Shown piece by piece: positions 23,963-37,065 of a DNA stretch of 64,000 nucleotides. Each line of letters begins with the position of its first letter. Positions within the stretch are counted from its first letter, which is position 1. Source of the DNA: Macrostomum lignano. Taxonomy: Eukaryota. The DNA lies in the NCBI GenBank assembly GCA_002269645.1, contig NIVC01000708.1, positions 248,001 to 312,000 of the forward strand. The letters are read 5' to 3'. The notes under the pieces were generated by a model that saw only the letters and a list, made by a program, of their open reading frames with translations, did no database searches and was not told the DNA's origin. The translations under genes and the position numbers were made by a program.

Positions 23963-26304
23963 TCACCGCTTAGGCTGCTTCTTGCTCAGCCATTGATCGT
24001 GCTTAGCAAAGGCGGTGCTCAGCAGGCTCCTGAGCTGGCTGACGGCTTCGGGCCGGCGCTGGGCCAGCGGCTGTATCCGGTCCGAGTCCAGCTTGGTCAG
24101 GGCGGCCCGCACCCTGGTCAGCTTGGCCTCCAGAGCGGCGCTGGTCACGGGGAAGCAGGCCCAGAAATGGCGCAGCAGCTCTGCAAGGGTGCGCGCCAAA
24201 GCGCGGATCTCCTCGATATGGGCACCAGAAGCCTGCTGCTGCGCCTCTTGACGGGCGCGCCTGGAGCCGGGGACAACGCCGGACAGGCGGCCGCCAACAG
24301 ACAGATCGCGCAGCGCCTCCACGGCCTCCTCGGCGGTGCAGGCTGACGATAGGCGCAGATTTGGCCAGGAGTCCAGGTGGTTGAGGCTGCGAGCCACTGC
24401 GCGGGACAGCTGAGGGTTGAAGAGGACAAAGGTGCGGTTCAAAGTCCGGGGTGTAAACCAAACTTAAGGAGTGGAAATTTAGACTGCCAGGGTCTGCTAT
24501 AGAGTCAATAGGTGCAACTAAGAACCCAGCAACACTCGGAGAGCTACTTCCGGTTCGGAGAGTCACTTCCAGTTCGGAGAGCTACTTCCGATTTGGAGAG
24601 CCACTTCTGGTTCGGAGAGCTACTTCCGTTTCGGAGAGCTACTTCCCGTTCGGAGAGCTACTTCTGGTTCGGAGAGACACTTCCGGTTCGGAAAGTTACT
24701 TCCGGTTCGGAAAGCTACTTCTGGTCTAGAAAGCTACTTCCAGTCTAGAAAGCTACTTCCAGTCTGGAAAGCTACTTCTGATTCAGAGAGCTACTTCCGA
24801 TTCGGAGAGCTACTTCCGATTCGGAGAGCTACTTCCGATTCGGAGAGCTACTTTCGGTTCGGAGAGTCACTTCCGGTTCGGAAAGTTACTCCCGGTTCGG
24901 AAAGTTACTTCCCGTCTGAAAAGCTACTTTTGGTTCGGAGAGCCACTTCCGGTTTGGACCTACTTCTGGTTTGGAAAGCTACTTCCGGTCTGGAAAGCTA
25001 GTTCTGGTCTGGAAAGCTTTTTCTGATTCAGAGAGCTTTTTCGGGTTCGGAGAGCTACTTCCGGTGGGGGGAGCTACTTTCCATTCAGAGAGCTACTTCC
25101 GGTTCGGAGAGCTACTTCTTATTCAGAGAGCTACTTCCGGTTCGGAGAGCTACTTCCGGTTCGGAGAGCTACTTCCGGTTCGGAGAGCTACTTCCGGTTC
25201 GGAGAGCTACTTCCGGTTTGGAAAGTTACGTCCTAGGGTGCAGACCAGTCTCAAGGGGAACTTAGACTCACAGGGGTGTGACCTAGAGTCAATAGGTGCA
25301 ACAGAGCCCAGCAATCTGGCACGCTTGGCACAAAAATGACAGCTCTCACCTGAGCATAGGGCAGCCGAGAAGGCAGGTCACCAACAGGAGCCCCGCTACC
25401 GCTGCTGCCCTCGTCGCCGCCAGACTGCGCCGCGGGGCCGAACAGGTACCTCTCGATGCGCTCCAGCGCCATAGCGTCAGCTGCCGCCATCTCGGCCTCG
25501 GCCTCGTCCGCGCCAACGTCGCCCAGATCGTCGAACCGAGTGAGCTCGCGCAATTTCCTCCGCTTGCTGGCCAACTGTCCGTCGTCGTTATCGCCGTCCC
25601 GATCGGCGCCAGCAGCGCTGGAAGCCGCAGCTGCCGCATCTCCGTTAGTCCCGTTGGTGGCGGCCGCTGCCGACCCGGACGTGTCCGGCTCCGACTGCAG
25701 CACCATCAGCGAGTGCTGGTTGCACCGCCGGATCAGCTGCTGCCCGCCAGTTGTCGACGAACTGCCGCCGCCAGCCGAAGCGCCGGTTGCTGCAGCGCCG
25801 CCGCCAACGGAGCTCGGCGCCTCCTCGTCCCGGTAGGTGTCCGCGTCTGCCAGCCGCGTGAGGTCCACGAACACGTCCGGCGTGATTCGCTCCATCACTC
25901 GGCGGAACGCGGCCTCGTCCTCGGCTGCGCAGTCGGCGAACACCTCGTCGCGGGCCACGTGCAGCCGGTCGCGGTGGAAGTAGTGGCTCTGGAAGAAGCG
26001 CAGCCAGAACTCCTGCTCGGAGACGGCCTGCGGCACCAGCTGCGCGTGCTTCCTGCGCACCGCCGGGTAGGTGGCGAAGATGGCCTGGATGATGTCGGCG
26101 GTGAGGCTGTACTTGAACCCACCGTCCTGCGACACCGGCTTGATGGCCGACAAAAAGTCCGCGCTGACGCCCGCCCGCTGCTGCTGCTGCTGGCTTGTCG
26201 GGGCCGCTGATGCCGACGAAGCTGACGAGGAAGCTGGCGCGGGCTGGGGAGGCTTCTGCTGCTGCCTGAGGATGGGGAGTCCGGGTTGGCTAGACAGATA
26301 GATG

Positions 26305-26390
<86 letters not shown>

Positions 26391-27063
26391 GCCGGTGCAG
26401 TGCAGGTCGCAGCCAGAGGAGACCGCAGCCAGAGGAGACCGCAGCCAGAGGAGACCGCAGCCAGAGGAGACCGCAGCAAGAGGAGACCGCAGCAAGAGGA
26501 GACCGCAGCCAGAGGAGACCGCAGCAAGAGGAGACCGCAGCCAGAGGAGACCGCAGCCAGAGGAGACCGCAGCCAGAGGAGACCGCAGCCAGAGGAGACC
26601 GCAGCCAGAGGAGACCGCAGCCAGAGGAGACCGCAGCAAGAGGAGACCGCAGCAAGAGGAGACCGCAGCCAGAGGAGACCGCAGCAAGAGGAGACCGCAG
26701 CAAGAGGAGACCGCAGCCAGAGGAGACCGCAGCAAGAGGAGACCGCAGCAAGAGGAGACCGCAGCCAGAGGAGACCGCAGCAAGAGGAGACCGCAGCAAG
26801 AGGAGACCGCAGCCAGAGGAGACCGCAGCAAGAGGAGACCGCAGCAAGAGGAGACCGCAGCCAGAGGAGACCGCAGCAAGAGGAGACCGCAGCCAGAGGA
26901 GACCGCAGCAAGAGGAGACCGCAGCCAGAGGAGACATTCATCAATTGCAAATTCCTCTGTCGTTTCCCCAGCCCGAGACCCCCCCCCTCCCGCAGCCAGT
27001 TATACAAAGTTTGTTTTCTTCTCCCAGCTTCCCAATCGGCGGAATTGGCGCGGATGTCTGTCC

Positions 27064-27101
<38 letters not shown>

Positions 27102-27855
27102 CTGTCTGTCTGTCTGTCTGTCTCACGCCTCTGTCACGCAACACGTGCTGCCTGCCTGAACGGTAAACTGAACCGGATTAACGAACCAGAATCTGCTGCA
27201 CTCCCGTGTTCCGTGCCGCTCAGATCTGCAGAGCGCCTCATCTGTTGCAGCAGGTTTTCTCTATTTGAAATTTGAGGCAGAATCTCCCCTACTCCCCATC
27301 CCGGATTAGCCTGTGTCAGAGGCTCAGCCGATCTCCTAATTCTATTACGGGACCCACCAACCCGGCACAGAAGGAAACTTTGCACCAGCAGCAAATCTCT
27401 GCTGATCGCTGAAGCAGATTTCTCGGCCGCCCTTCTCTCGCTTGCCGGTCCCGATGCGGATGCAGCAGAGATGACACCGCGGCCCCCGGGCTGCGCAATT
27501 CTTCCGCTTGCAGCAGCCCGCCGAAGTGTCCAACAAAGTTCTTATACATGCAACACAAATTGCTGGCAACGCAAATTCTGTGCAGCTAAAAAAGTGCTCG
27601 CCGCACTTCATGCATTTATGCACGGATATTTCTGCAGTCCGTGATCGGCCCTGCGTGTCGCCAGTGCCAATGGAGGCTGCGCCTTCTCATCTTCTCGCTA
27701 ATCCCCTGGGTGTCACAACTGCCACCCGCGCTGGCGTCTCAGGCCACCCCGATGGCCCCTTCTTTGCGCCTCTCTCTATAACCCCGGAAGCTGGGTGATG
27801 AAGCTGAACTGAGCCCTAAAAATCCCCTGTGCGTGTTCTTCATCTGTCACTGGAC

Positions 27856-27927
<72 letters not shown>

Positions 27928-28513
27928 CTCACTGGACTTGCAAGGCGATTGTCAAGGACAACCACTCAGACAGGACTGATCAGGCACGGGACAAACACAC
28001 CAGACAGAACAGCAGCTACTCGGTAAGCAGTACTCAAGAAACCCACCGGGGCTCTGCCAGGTGCTGGTAGGTGGACCAGAACTCGTCAGCTCCCACAATG
28101 CCGGTGGGCACCAGGTCCTTGTACAGCTGCAGCAGCTCCGGGTTGCGCTCCAACAGGCTGGTTTTGCCTTCAAATTCGGCGAATAAATGCTGACGGAATC
28201 TGGGTAGCAACTGCATGAGCAGCTCCTTGACTGCGTCCCGATCCTTGAGCTGCTGCTCGTGGCCAGCAGGGTTGCTGAACAGGAAAGTCTCCTTCACGCC
28301 CGAGTGCAGCTCCAGCTGCAGCTGCACTTTCTCCTTCTTCATCGGTGACACCAGCTGAGCTTTGACGTCCTGGTAAGCCACGGTCAGCTTGAGCAGGTCG
28401 CTGCGCTGGCTGGACCAGCCAACCCGCGTGGCCATGAGGTACAGAGTGCCCTGAGTAGTCTTGTAGCGAACGTGCTCAGTGCTCAGCAGGATCTCTTCCC
28501 CGCCGCCGGACAT
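23963..28513 (-). CDS. GTF2H1: General transcription factor IIH subunit 1 (p62), ~617 aa. Exons 28513-28047, 26289-25350, 24409-23963
   Basis: N-terminal PH domain (GTLYLMATRVGW...KVQLQLELH...KDRDAVKELLMQLLPRF), BSD1 (LLQLYKDLV...ADEFW), BSD2 (IFATYPAVRRKH...SEQEFWLRFFQSHYFHRDR), C-terminal LLRHFWACFPV. Two phase-consistent GT-AG introns; CDS 1854 nt. Confidence 0.95.
24535..25230. repeat. 19-bp minisatellite (GAGAGCTACTTCCGGTTCG)n in GTF2H1 intron 2
   Basis: Directly visible; bracketed by ~85-bp imperfect direct repeats (24448-24533, 25235-25315). Confidence 0.93.
26294..27122. repeat. Compound array in GTF2H1 intron 1: (GATA)n 26294-26388, 16-bp (AGAGGAGACCGCAGCC/A)n 26405-26936, (CTGT)n 27055-27122
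   Basis: Directly visible; 16-aa periodicity in overlapping ORFs. Confidence 0.95.
27855..27926. repeat. (GATA)n microsatellite
   Basis: Directly visible. Confidence 0.97.
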
Positions 28514-30089
28514 CTCTCAGCTCAGCCTGATGACGGAGGAGAGGCTTGGGGAGGCTGGCCGCCACAGTGACAGACAATTCAGGCTGGGATTTGGATTGGG
28601 ACTGGTGACAAATAAGAGTCGGAATGAGGGAAGTTGAGCATAAAGCAAAGTGGGTGGAATCATGAGCTCAAGCATTAAGATCCTGAATTTGGGTAGAGAG
28701 TATTCATTATCCACTATTATACTCAAATTGCACAATAATGACACTAAGTCTTCAGTTTAATATTGTTATTATTTAAGGTCTCAATAAACAGTTTTTTATT
28801 TTACTCTTTTAAGCCAAGATAAAAAAATTGATTTATACTTTCAAACAAAAATGCCTAATTTAACTATACTCAGTTATGAAATCAGTTAATAAAATAAAAT
28901 TTATAAAGCATGAATATCCAATATGCCATGCCATTGCAAAGTATAGACTGGATGAATACTTATTTTAAAAGTTAAAGACCAAATGCTTTCCCTACACATT
29001 GCTTTAAATTCAAAAAGTCTATGGTTGACTCATTCCTTGCTCTGCTCTAGTCTTATGTTTTTAAATAAAAAAACAAGTTTACAATAAAACATTTTGTAAT
29101 ATTCATTGTGTTATAACTGGTTAAATATAATCTTGAATCCAAAAAATACTTTTAAATTATTCCAATATTCAACTATAAAATAGGTGCTAAGGTTAAAGAT
29201 GATCAAGAAGTGGCCTAGCAAGTTGCAGTAAAAGAATTATCTTCTATCATGACACTATGCCAGTGTATACTAGCATTACTAGTAGATAATAAGAATGCAT
29301 ACTAGTAAAAAGTAATAAATACTTATTCTTAGACTTATTTAGACCAATAATTAGATTATACACAGATCTATTCTATTCTAGACTTGTATATAGAAATTAA
29401 CCCAAAGAATTCAGGTCAAACTAATAAATAAATTATATTAAAGATAACCTATCACAACTTTAGTGTTAATAGTAAAATATAAAAGAGAAAAAAGGAGGCT
29501 TATAACAACTTCATTTTACTTTTTAAGATTGAAGGAAAGCATTATGACAATTTTGGTATTAGCTATAGAATAGAAGAAAGATCTATTATATTATAGCTTT
29601 GATATTAATAGATAAAATTTATGAGACAAGGGAAACCCTTAGCCCTAGGAATAGTAAAATTGAAATAGACTTAGCATTAGGCCTATCATAGCCTAGAATA
29701 TTCTTAAAATAATACAAAACCCTTATTATGCCAACAATTTTGTTTTTGGCATTAGCTTTTGCAATAGAAATAATCCCTACTATATTATAAAGCCAAAATG
29801 TTTGGCTATTCTACTATTTTATATTAGACTTATTTTTTATCAATAGATAGAAGATAAAAGGCTAAAAAGATATTGAAAATAGAAATTTATTAAGTAAAAA
29901 AATAAATTAAACATAATTCTAACAAACCTAATCTATACAAAAGATATACAATATACAAGGGAAATTTCTATTATATATTGGCTCTACTTGTTATACCTAT
30001 CAAATATATGATCAGGCCAAGTTATGTTTATAGCCATTGCATGCATTAAAAACTATTTTAGGCCTATATAACTATATTGCAATAATAAT

Positions 30090-30093
30090 AAGC

Positions 30094-30136
<43 letters not shown>
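30090..30136. repeat. (AAT)n microsatellite
   Basis: Directly visible. Confidence 0.95.
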
Positions 30137-30625
30137 GTGTGACTTAGTCTAACTTAATGACAAATAAATATTTAGCTAAAATGATTATAACAATATTAAT
30201 GCTAAGCTAATAGATAGTTTATAATTATTCAAAAAAGCATTAATAAAAAATTTGTATTATCACTTTTAGAAAATGTTCTATTTTGTACAATAGGCCTAGC
30301 TATAAAATAGTTTAAAAGTTGCAGTCTACTAAAGTATTTTCCTTCTTTATAAGTTCTAGATAACTATAGCATTGGTAATGGTATTCTTATATTGTCAGCA
30401 ATTTTTTTAAATTAATTATATTTTGCATTGTTTTTATATAATAATTTTGCAGATGGCTTTCTATTGTATCTAATCTCTCTATTAATTGAATTATATACAA
30501 AGTCCATTTTAAAATTTACCTTCTATTATGCAAAAACATGTTATTTCTTCCCATAGTTTGGACTATACATTAGTATACACCAGGTCTGATGTCGGAAAAA
30601 ATTAAGAACTTATTTTTATAATAGA

Positions 30626-31915
30626 CAGTGTTGGGCAAAGTTCCGGCACTTCCGGCACTTTTAGTATTGGAAGTTACTTTTTTAAAAGTGGCACTTTTTT
30701 GTGGTTCTTTTTTCAGAATGCCAGACTAGGGTAACAGAAGTTACTTTTTGATAAGTGTGGTCCAACAACAGCCAATTTAGCACTAAATATTTCCCAAAAG
30801 CACAAAACTTTCACCAAAATACTCATAGTACAATTATAAAAAGGTAAAAAAGAGATGATCCTAGTTTGTGTGGTTTTTATATTTTAAGTTAAAGCACGTT
30901 TCAAGCATCCTAAAATCATAGAATTAAGTAATGATTGGTAACTACTAATGCTAAAACAAGACACTTTCAAAACAATAAATGTCTTTTAACAACTCCTTGC
31001 AAGATTTTAATCTAACAAGGATAGCTAGCAGTATATTAGGACACTACACACATGATTCATGGAAAATCTTTTGAAGGCCGATTTCTCTATTTCAATGTTT
31101 ATGCAGGATGACAAAAATGATGTATTCTAAGAATGATGCATTTAAAGAGTATTTTGATTTTTAACTCTTTTGAGGCTAATTATAATTTTCTGATTGCAGC
31201 ACATGGCACACTAATCAAGTTATTTTAAGTCTTGTGCATTGGTCCATCTATCAAATTCCATCTATTTGTTATCTTGGTATTTTTTTCTTAATTGTTAACT
31301 GGCATTTCCAAGGCTGCCAGAAGATTATCATTCATTCTAAATGAGTCAGCTGTTCAAAAGTATACTTACACTACTGTAAAAGTATAGCTGTTATAAAACT
31401 ACAGCACAATACTAGTATGGGGACAAGAATGACTCACAAAAACTAAAAGTCATCTGAAGAAGTATTCTACTCATTGTGATAGACCTATTGGACAAAAATT
31501 ATCTTTATTTATACTTCTGAAGAGTCAGAACCAACATTTGAAAATCGGCCTCCAATTTTTTTCTACAAATTGCGAGTGTAGCATCTTGATATATCAAATA
31601 CTGCTAATCCTTATTTTGTAAAGGTTTTAAATGTTTTTTCACTCAAATTTTGGATGCAATAATAAAAAATATTATGTAGCATCTTTTTTAAAAAATAACA
31701 GCATAGATATAGGCCTAAGTCTCAACCAACAAATAATTTTTGTTTTTTTCACAAAGACATGTTTGAGCACTTTTTAATTGGCCATTCTTTAAACTAAAGG
31801 ACTAGTAATAGAAGTACCGGAGTTACTTTTTATAAAAAGTACTGGTCATTGGATGACTAGAACAAGTGCTAGAAGTTACTTTCCTTGGAACCAGAAGTAC
31901 TGGTTGTCAACATTG
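30626..31915. mobile_element. Old non-autonomous hAT-like element
   Basis: Termini CAGTGTTGGGCAA and TTGTCAACATTG; subterminal AAGTTACT repeats at both ends; flanking 8-mers ATAATAGA/ACAATAAA (6/8) look like a decayed 8-bp TSD; no transposase. Confidence 0.55.
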
Positions 31916-33277
31916 ACAATAAAACTAAAAATATGTTATTGGCACTTTTGATATATGCTAAGAAATCTTGGTATATATGTTGCCTTCTAAGCTATAGATC
32001 TCTGTGACTATGGACATAATAGGCCTAACAAACAAGTTTTTAGGCCAAAAGAACATGGTGCCTAATAGGTAAAATACATTAGGAGGGCCTACAATGTTGA
32101 AAATTTAAAATACAAAGTCCAAAGATTTTTTTCAAATTATAGATAACCTTTTTATTATTTGATCAATTTTCAAAAGTAAGATATCCTTATATTTGGACAA
32201 GTAAGATTTATCAAATAAAAAAAATAGGCCTATACTAAATTCTATCTAAAAGTTACTTTCAAATTCTCACTGGAGTCCTTACTGTGGCCACCAGGCATAA
32301 AGCAAATAGTAGCTAGGCCTAGCCATGATTGCAATTTATTCGTATTTTTAAACTCAATGACAATAAAAGTTTGGCCCAATTAAAATTTTTACAAAGCACT
32401 AACATCATTTTAGGCCTATTAGGACATGAAAGTCTTCCAAAGTGGTGCTGTAATGTAGTGAACTTAGTGTACTATATATAAAGTCATGAACACAAAACAA
32501 GGCATTGAATTAGGTCAGGGCTATTAGTTAGTATTACTAGGGCAACTAGGCCAGCTGGCCAGGGCCAGGGGCAATAAGAATTTAGCTTTTCTTTTCATTT
32601 ATTTTATAAAAGTAACATAAGTAGGCCTTAGTAATATCATGTCCCAAATAGTCGTCGCTAGCAAATATTACATATGATTCAGATTCTCTTGTGGCAGTCG
32701 GGTTGCCACCTTATTGAAATCTAAATATACTATCTAAATATACTAAATCTCTAAGGTTTGTATGCTTGAATGAATGAATGTCCATAACGCTCTAGTCCTA
32801 TATACTAAAAATGAGTTGTCTGTATGTGGGTAGGTAGGTAGGTATGCGATAGATTTCAGAAAAAATGGCTCAACCGATTTTCTTCAAACTTGCACCATTC
32901 GATCAGAAATTTTCCTGGGACGGTACATGCATCTTGGCAAAAAAAATGCTCATTATTAAAGGGATTAAATATTCGAAAAACAAGCTTTTTGCAAAGGTCA
33001 AGCAACTCTTTCGACCTGAAATTCATTGCAAGAATGCTAGATAAAAACCTGACTGACTGAATTTCAATTCTGATAAAGATTGCATCACAACAAGTTGAAA
33101 ACAGTGCCGAAGAAATGCACACACAACTTGATTGAAATTGCGTAACAATATTGCTAACTTAAATTGAGACTGATACTGGCTGACTGAGAAATTGATTATG
33201 TCATAACTTTTTACTCTAACCCACTTGCTGTAAGAATTGAAATTATAAGGACCACAATCCATGTTCTCCAATTGACA

Positions 33278-33360
33278 AGAGATAGCATAGATGCCAACAG
33301 ACTGGACTGCTAATGCAGCGACCTGGGTTCGAATCTTAGTGCTGCAAAAAGATTTTTTTA
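33278..33360 (+). ncRNA. Degenerate tRNA-like (SINE-head/Pol III promoter) cassette in unit 1; homologs at 36953-37030 and 40959-41040
   Basis: A-box-like TAGCATAGATG, anticodon-like arm CTGGA-CTGCTAA-TGCAG, T-arm CTGGG-TTCGAAT-CTTAG (B box), downstream T run; acceptor stem does not pair. Confidence 0.55.
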
Positions 33361-33403
33361 TTAAAACACCTTAAAAACACAAAATGCTAAACACAAAAAA
33401 GCG

Positions 33404-36150
33404 CAATGTCTAACATTAAAGAGCCACCATGTTTAACATTAAAGAGCCACCATGTCGGACGTTAAAGAGCCACCATGTTCAACATATATGTGACTCCATG
33501 TCAAACAATAAAGAGCCATTATGTCAAACGTTAAAGAGCCACCATGTCAAACATAAAAAGACCACCATGTCAAACATTAAAGAGCCACCATTTCTTACAT
33601 TAAAGAGCCACCATGTGGAACATTAAAAAGCCACAATGTCGAACATTAAAGAGCCATCATGTCAAACATAAAAGAGCCACCATGTCTAACATTATAGAGC
33701 CACCATGTCTAACATTAAAAAGCCACCATGTCGAACATTAAAGAGCCAACATGTCAAATATTAAAGAGCCACCATGTCTAACATTAACGAGTCCCCATGT
33801 CAAGTATATTCGTGACTCCATGTCAAACATAAAAGAGCCACCATGAAGAACGTTAAAGAGCCACCATGTCAAACATTAAAGAGCCACCATGTCAAACATA
33901 AAAGAGCCACCACGTCAAAAATTAAAGAGCCACCATGTCAAACATTAAAGAGCCACCATGTCAAGCATAAAAGAGCCACCATGTCGAACATAAATGAACC
34001 ACTATGTTGAACATAAAAGAGCCACCATGTAGAACATTAAAGAGCCACGATGTCTAACATTAAAGAGCCACCATGTCGAAATTAAAGAGCCACCATGTCC
34101 AACATATATGTGACTTCATGTCAAACATTAAAGAGCCACCATGTCAAACATTAAAAAGCCACCATATCTAACATTTAAGAGCCACCATTTCAAACATTAA
34201 AGTGCCATCATGTCGAACATTAAAGAGCCACCATGTCTAACATTAAAGAGCCACCATGTCTAACATTAAAGAGCCACCATGTGGAAAAATTAAAGAGCCA
34301 CCATGTCCAACATATATGTGACTTCATGTCAAACATTAAAGAGCTACCATGTCAAACATTACAGAGCCACCATATCTAACATTAAAGAGCCACCATTTCA
34401 AACATTAAAGAGGCGCCATGTCTAACATTAAAGAGCCACCATGTCTAACATTAAAGAGGCGCCATGTCTAACATTAAAGAGCCACCATGTCGAACATTAA
34501 AGAGCCACCATGTAAATTATAAAAAAAGCCGCCATGTCCAACACATATGTGACTCCATGTCAAACATTAAAGAGCCATCATGTCAAACATAAAAGAGCCA
34601 GCATATCAAACATAAAAGGACCACCATGTCAAACAATAAAGAGGCACCATGTCGAACATTAAAAAGTAACCATGTCGAACATTAAAGAGCCACCATGTCG
34701 AACATCAAAGAGCCACCATTTCAAACATTAAAAAGCCGTCATTACAGACATTAAAGTGCTACCATGTCAAACATAGAGGAGCCACCATGTCGAACATTAA
34801 AGAGTCACCATGTCTAACATAATAGAGCCACCATGTCGAACAGTAACGAGTCACCATGTCAAGTATATTCTTGACTCTATGTCAAACATTAAAGAGCCAC
34901 CACGTAAAACATTAAAGAGCCACCATGTCAAACATAAAAGAGCCATCATGTCAAACATAAAAGAGCCATCATGTCTAAAATTAAAGAGCCACCATGTCGA
35001 ACATTAAAGAACCACCATGTCTAACATTATAGAGCCACCATATCGATCATTAAAGAGCCACCATGTCTAACATTAAAGAGCCACCATGTGGAAAAATTAA
35101 AGAGCCACCAGGTCAAACATTAAAGAGCCACCATGTCTAACATTAAAGAGCCACCATGTCGAACATAAAACAGCCACCATGTCAAACATAAAAGAGCCAC
35201 CATGTCAAACATAAAAGAGCCACCATGTAAAACATAAAAGAGCCATCATGTCAAACATTAAAGAGCCACCATGTCAAACATTAAAGAGCCACAATGTCAA
35301 ACATAAAACAGCCACCATGTCAAACATAAAAGAGCCATCATGTCAAACATATATGTGACTCCCTGTCAAACAGTAAAGAGCCACCATGTCTAACATTAAA
35401 GAGCCACCATGTCGAACATTAAAGAGCCACCAAGTCGAACAGTAACGAGTCACCATGTCAAGTATATTCTTGACTCTATGTCAAACATTAAAGAGCCACC
35501 ACGTAAAACATTAAAGAGCCACCATGTCAAACATAAAAGAGCCATCATGTCAAACATAAAAGAGCCATCATGTCTAAAATTAAAGAGCCACCATGTCGAA
35601 CATTAAAGAACCACCATGTCTAACATTATAGAGCCACCATATCGATCATTAAAGAGCCACCATGTCTAACATTAAAGAGCCACCATGTGGAAAAATTAAA
35701 GAGCCACCAGGTCAAACATTAAAGAGCCACCATGTCTAACATTAAAGAGCCACCATGTCGAACATAAAACAGCCACCATGTCAAACATAAAAGAGCCACC
35801 ATGTCAAACATAAAAGAGCCACCATGTAAAACATAAAAGAGCCATCATGTCAAACATTAAAGAGCCACCATGTCAAACATTAAAGAGCCACAATGTCAAA
35901 CATAAAACAGCCACCATGTCAAACATAAAAGAGCCATCATGTCAAACATATATGTGACTCCCTGTCAAACAGTAAAGAGCCACCATGTCTAACATTAAAG
36001 AGCCACCATGTCGAACATTAAAGAGCCACCAAGTCGAACATTAAAGAGCCACCATGTCAAAAATAAAAGAGCCACTATGTCAAACAATAAAGAGCCACCA
36101 TGTAGAACATAAAAGAGCCACCATGTCAAACATAAAAGAGCCACCATAAA
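33404..36150. repeat. ~22-bp satellite (AAAGAGCCACCATGTCAAACATT)n inside unit 1
   Basis: Over 100 diverged monomers; a 599-bp internal duplication (34810 vs 35409). Confidence 0.95.
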
Positions 36151-37065
36151 AGATACACAATTTCAAACGTAAAAGTCAGCGTCATGCCAATTTTAAAGGA
36201 GCCACTATAGAGCTAAGGAAATTGTAGCACTAGCTACTTATTGTATGGCGGATGCTTACTATTTGGGGATGCTTGCTATCTGGGGGATGCTTGCAATCTG
36301 GGGGATGCTTGCTGTCTTGGGATGATTTCTTTTTGCATTACACTTTATTTGAGCAGTTTGTCTGTCGTCTTTGTGAAGGCTTTATTTGGCTGTCTTTTTG
36401 TTACTTGTAGAGAACAGAGATTCTATCCAGATGTCCCCCAACGGGGGGCGAAGATTGCTAGTCCATATACTAAAAATGTGATGTTTGTTTGTTTGTACGC
36501 AATCGATTAGAGAAAAAATGGCTGGACCGATTTTCTTCGAACTTGCACTGTTCGATCAGAAATTTTCCCGTGACGGTACATGCATCTTGGCTAAGAAATT
36601 GCTCCATGTTAAAGCGATTAAATATTCGAAAAACATGCTTTTTTGCAAAGGTCAAGCAAACTTTTCGACTTGAAATGCATTGTAATAATGCTAGAGAAAA
36701 AACTGACTGGTTGAATTCTGATTCTGAAATAGATTGCATCATAACTGAATTGTAACTCCAACTTGAATTGCGTCACAGTATTGAAAATGCAGTGTGGAAG
36801 CGTAGCACCAGACTTGATTTAGATTGCGTAACCATATTGTCAACTTTAATTGAGACTGATACTGACTTGCCTGGGAAATTGATTATGTCATAACTGCTTC
36901 GTGAGTGAGTGTTGAATTATATAAGTGCTACAATTTCATTTATAAATTCGATAAGAGCTAGCCTAGATGTGAACAAACTGGACTGCAAGTGCAGCGACCT
37001 GGGTTCGAATCTTAGTAGTGAAAAGTTTTTTATTAAAAGCTTTTATTCAAGGACAAATGAAGGAC

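Larger units (their letters stand above)
32796..36461 (+). mobile_element. Non-autonomous Helitron-like unit 1 (3666 bp) with internal 22-bp satellite
   Basis: 5' TCCTATATACTAAAAATG, short microsatellite, conserved AAAAAATGGCT..ACCGATTTT block; 3' CCCCC-AAC-GGGGG hairpin (36433-36449) followed by CTAG (36458-36461). Confidence 0.8.

Noticed and set aside
25251-27275. Long ORFs with LLLRSPLAAVSSCCG or RGDRSQRRPQPEETAA repeats
   Set aside because: Translations of the 16-bp and GATA repeats in GTF2H1 intron 1; only 26289-25350 is coding.
33278-33350. Functional tRNA-Ser(GCT)/Cys(GCA) genes in the Helitron units
   Set aside because: Acceptor stem does not pair, D-arm is poor, the anticodon differs between copies, and the variable arm is too short for Ser; kept only as a tRNA-derived cassette.
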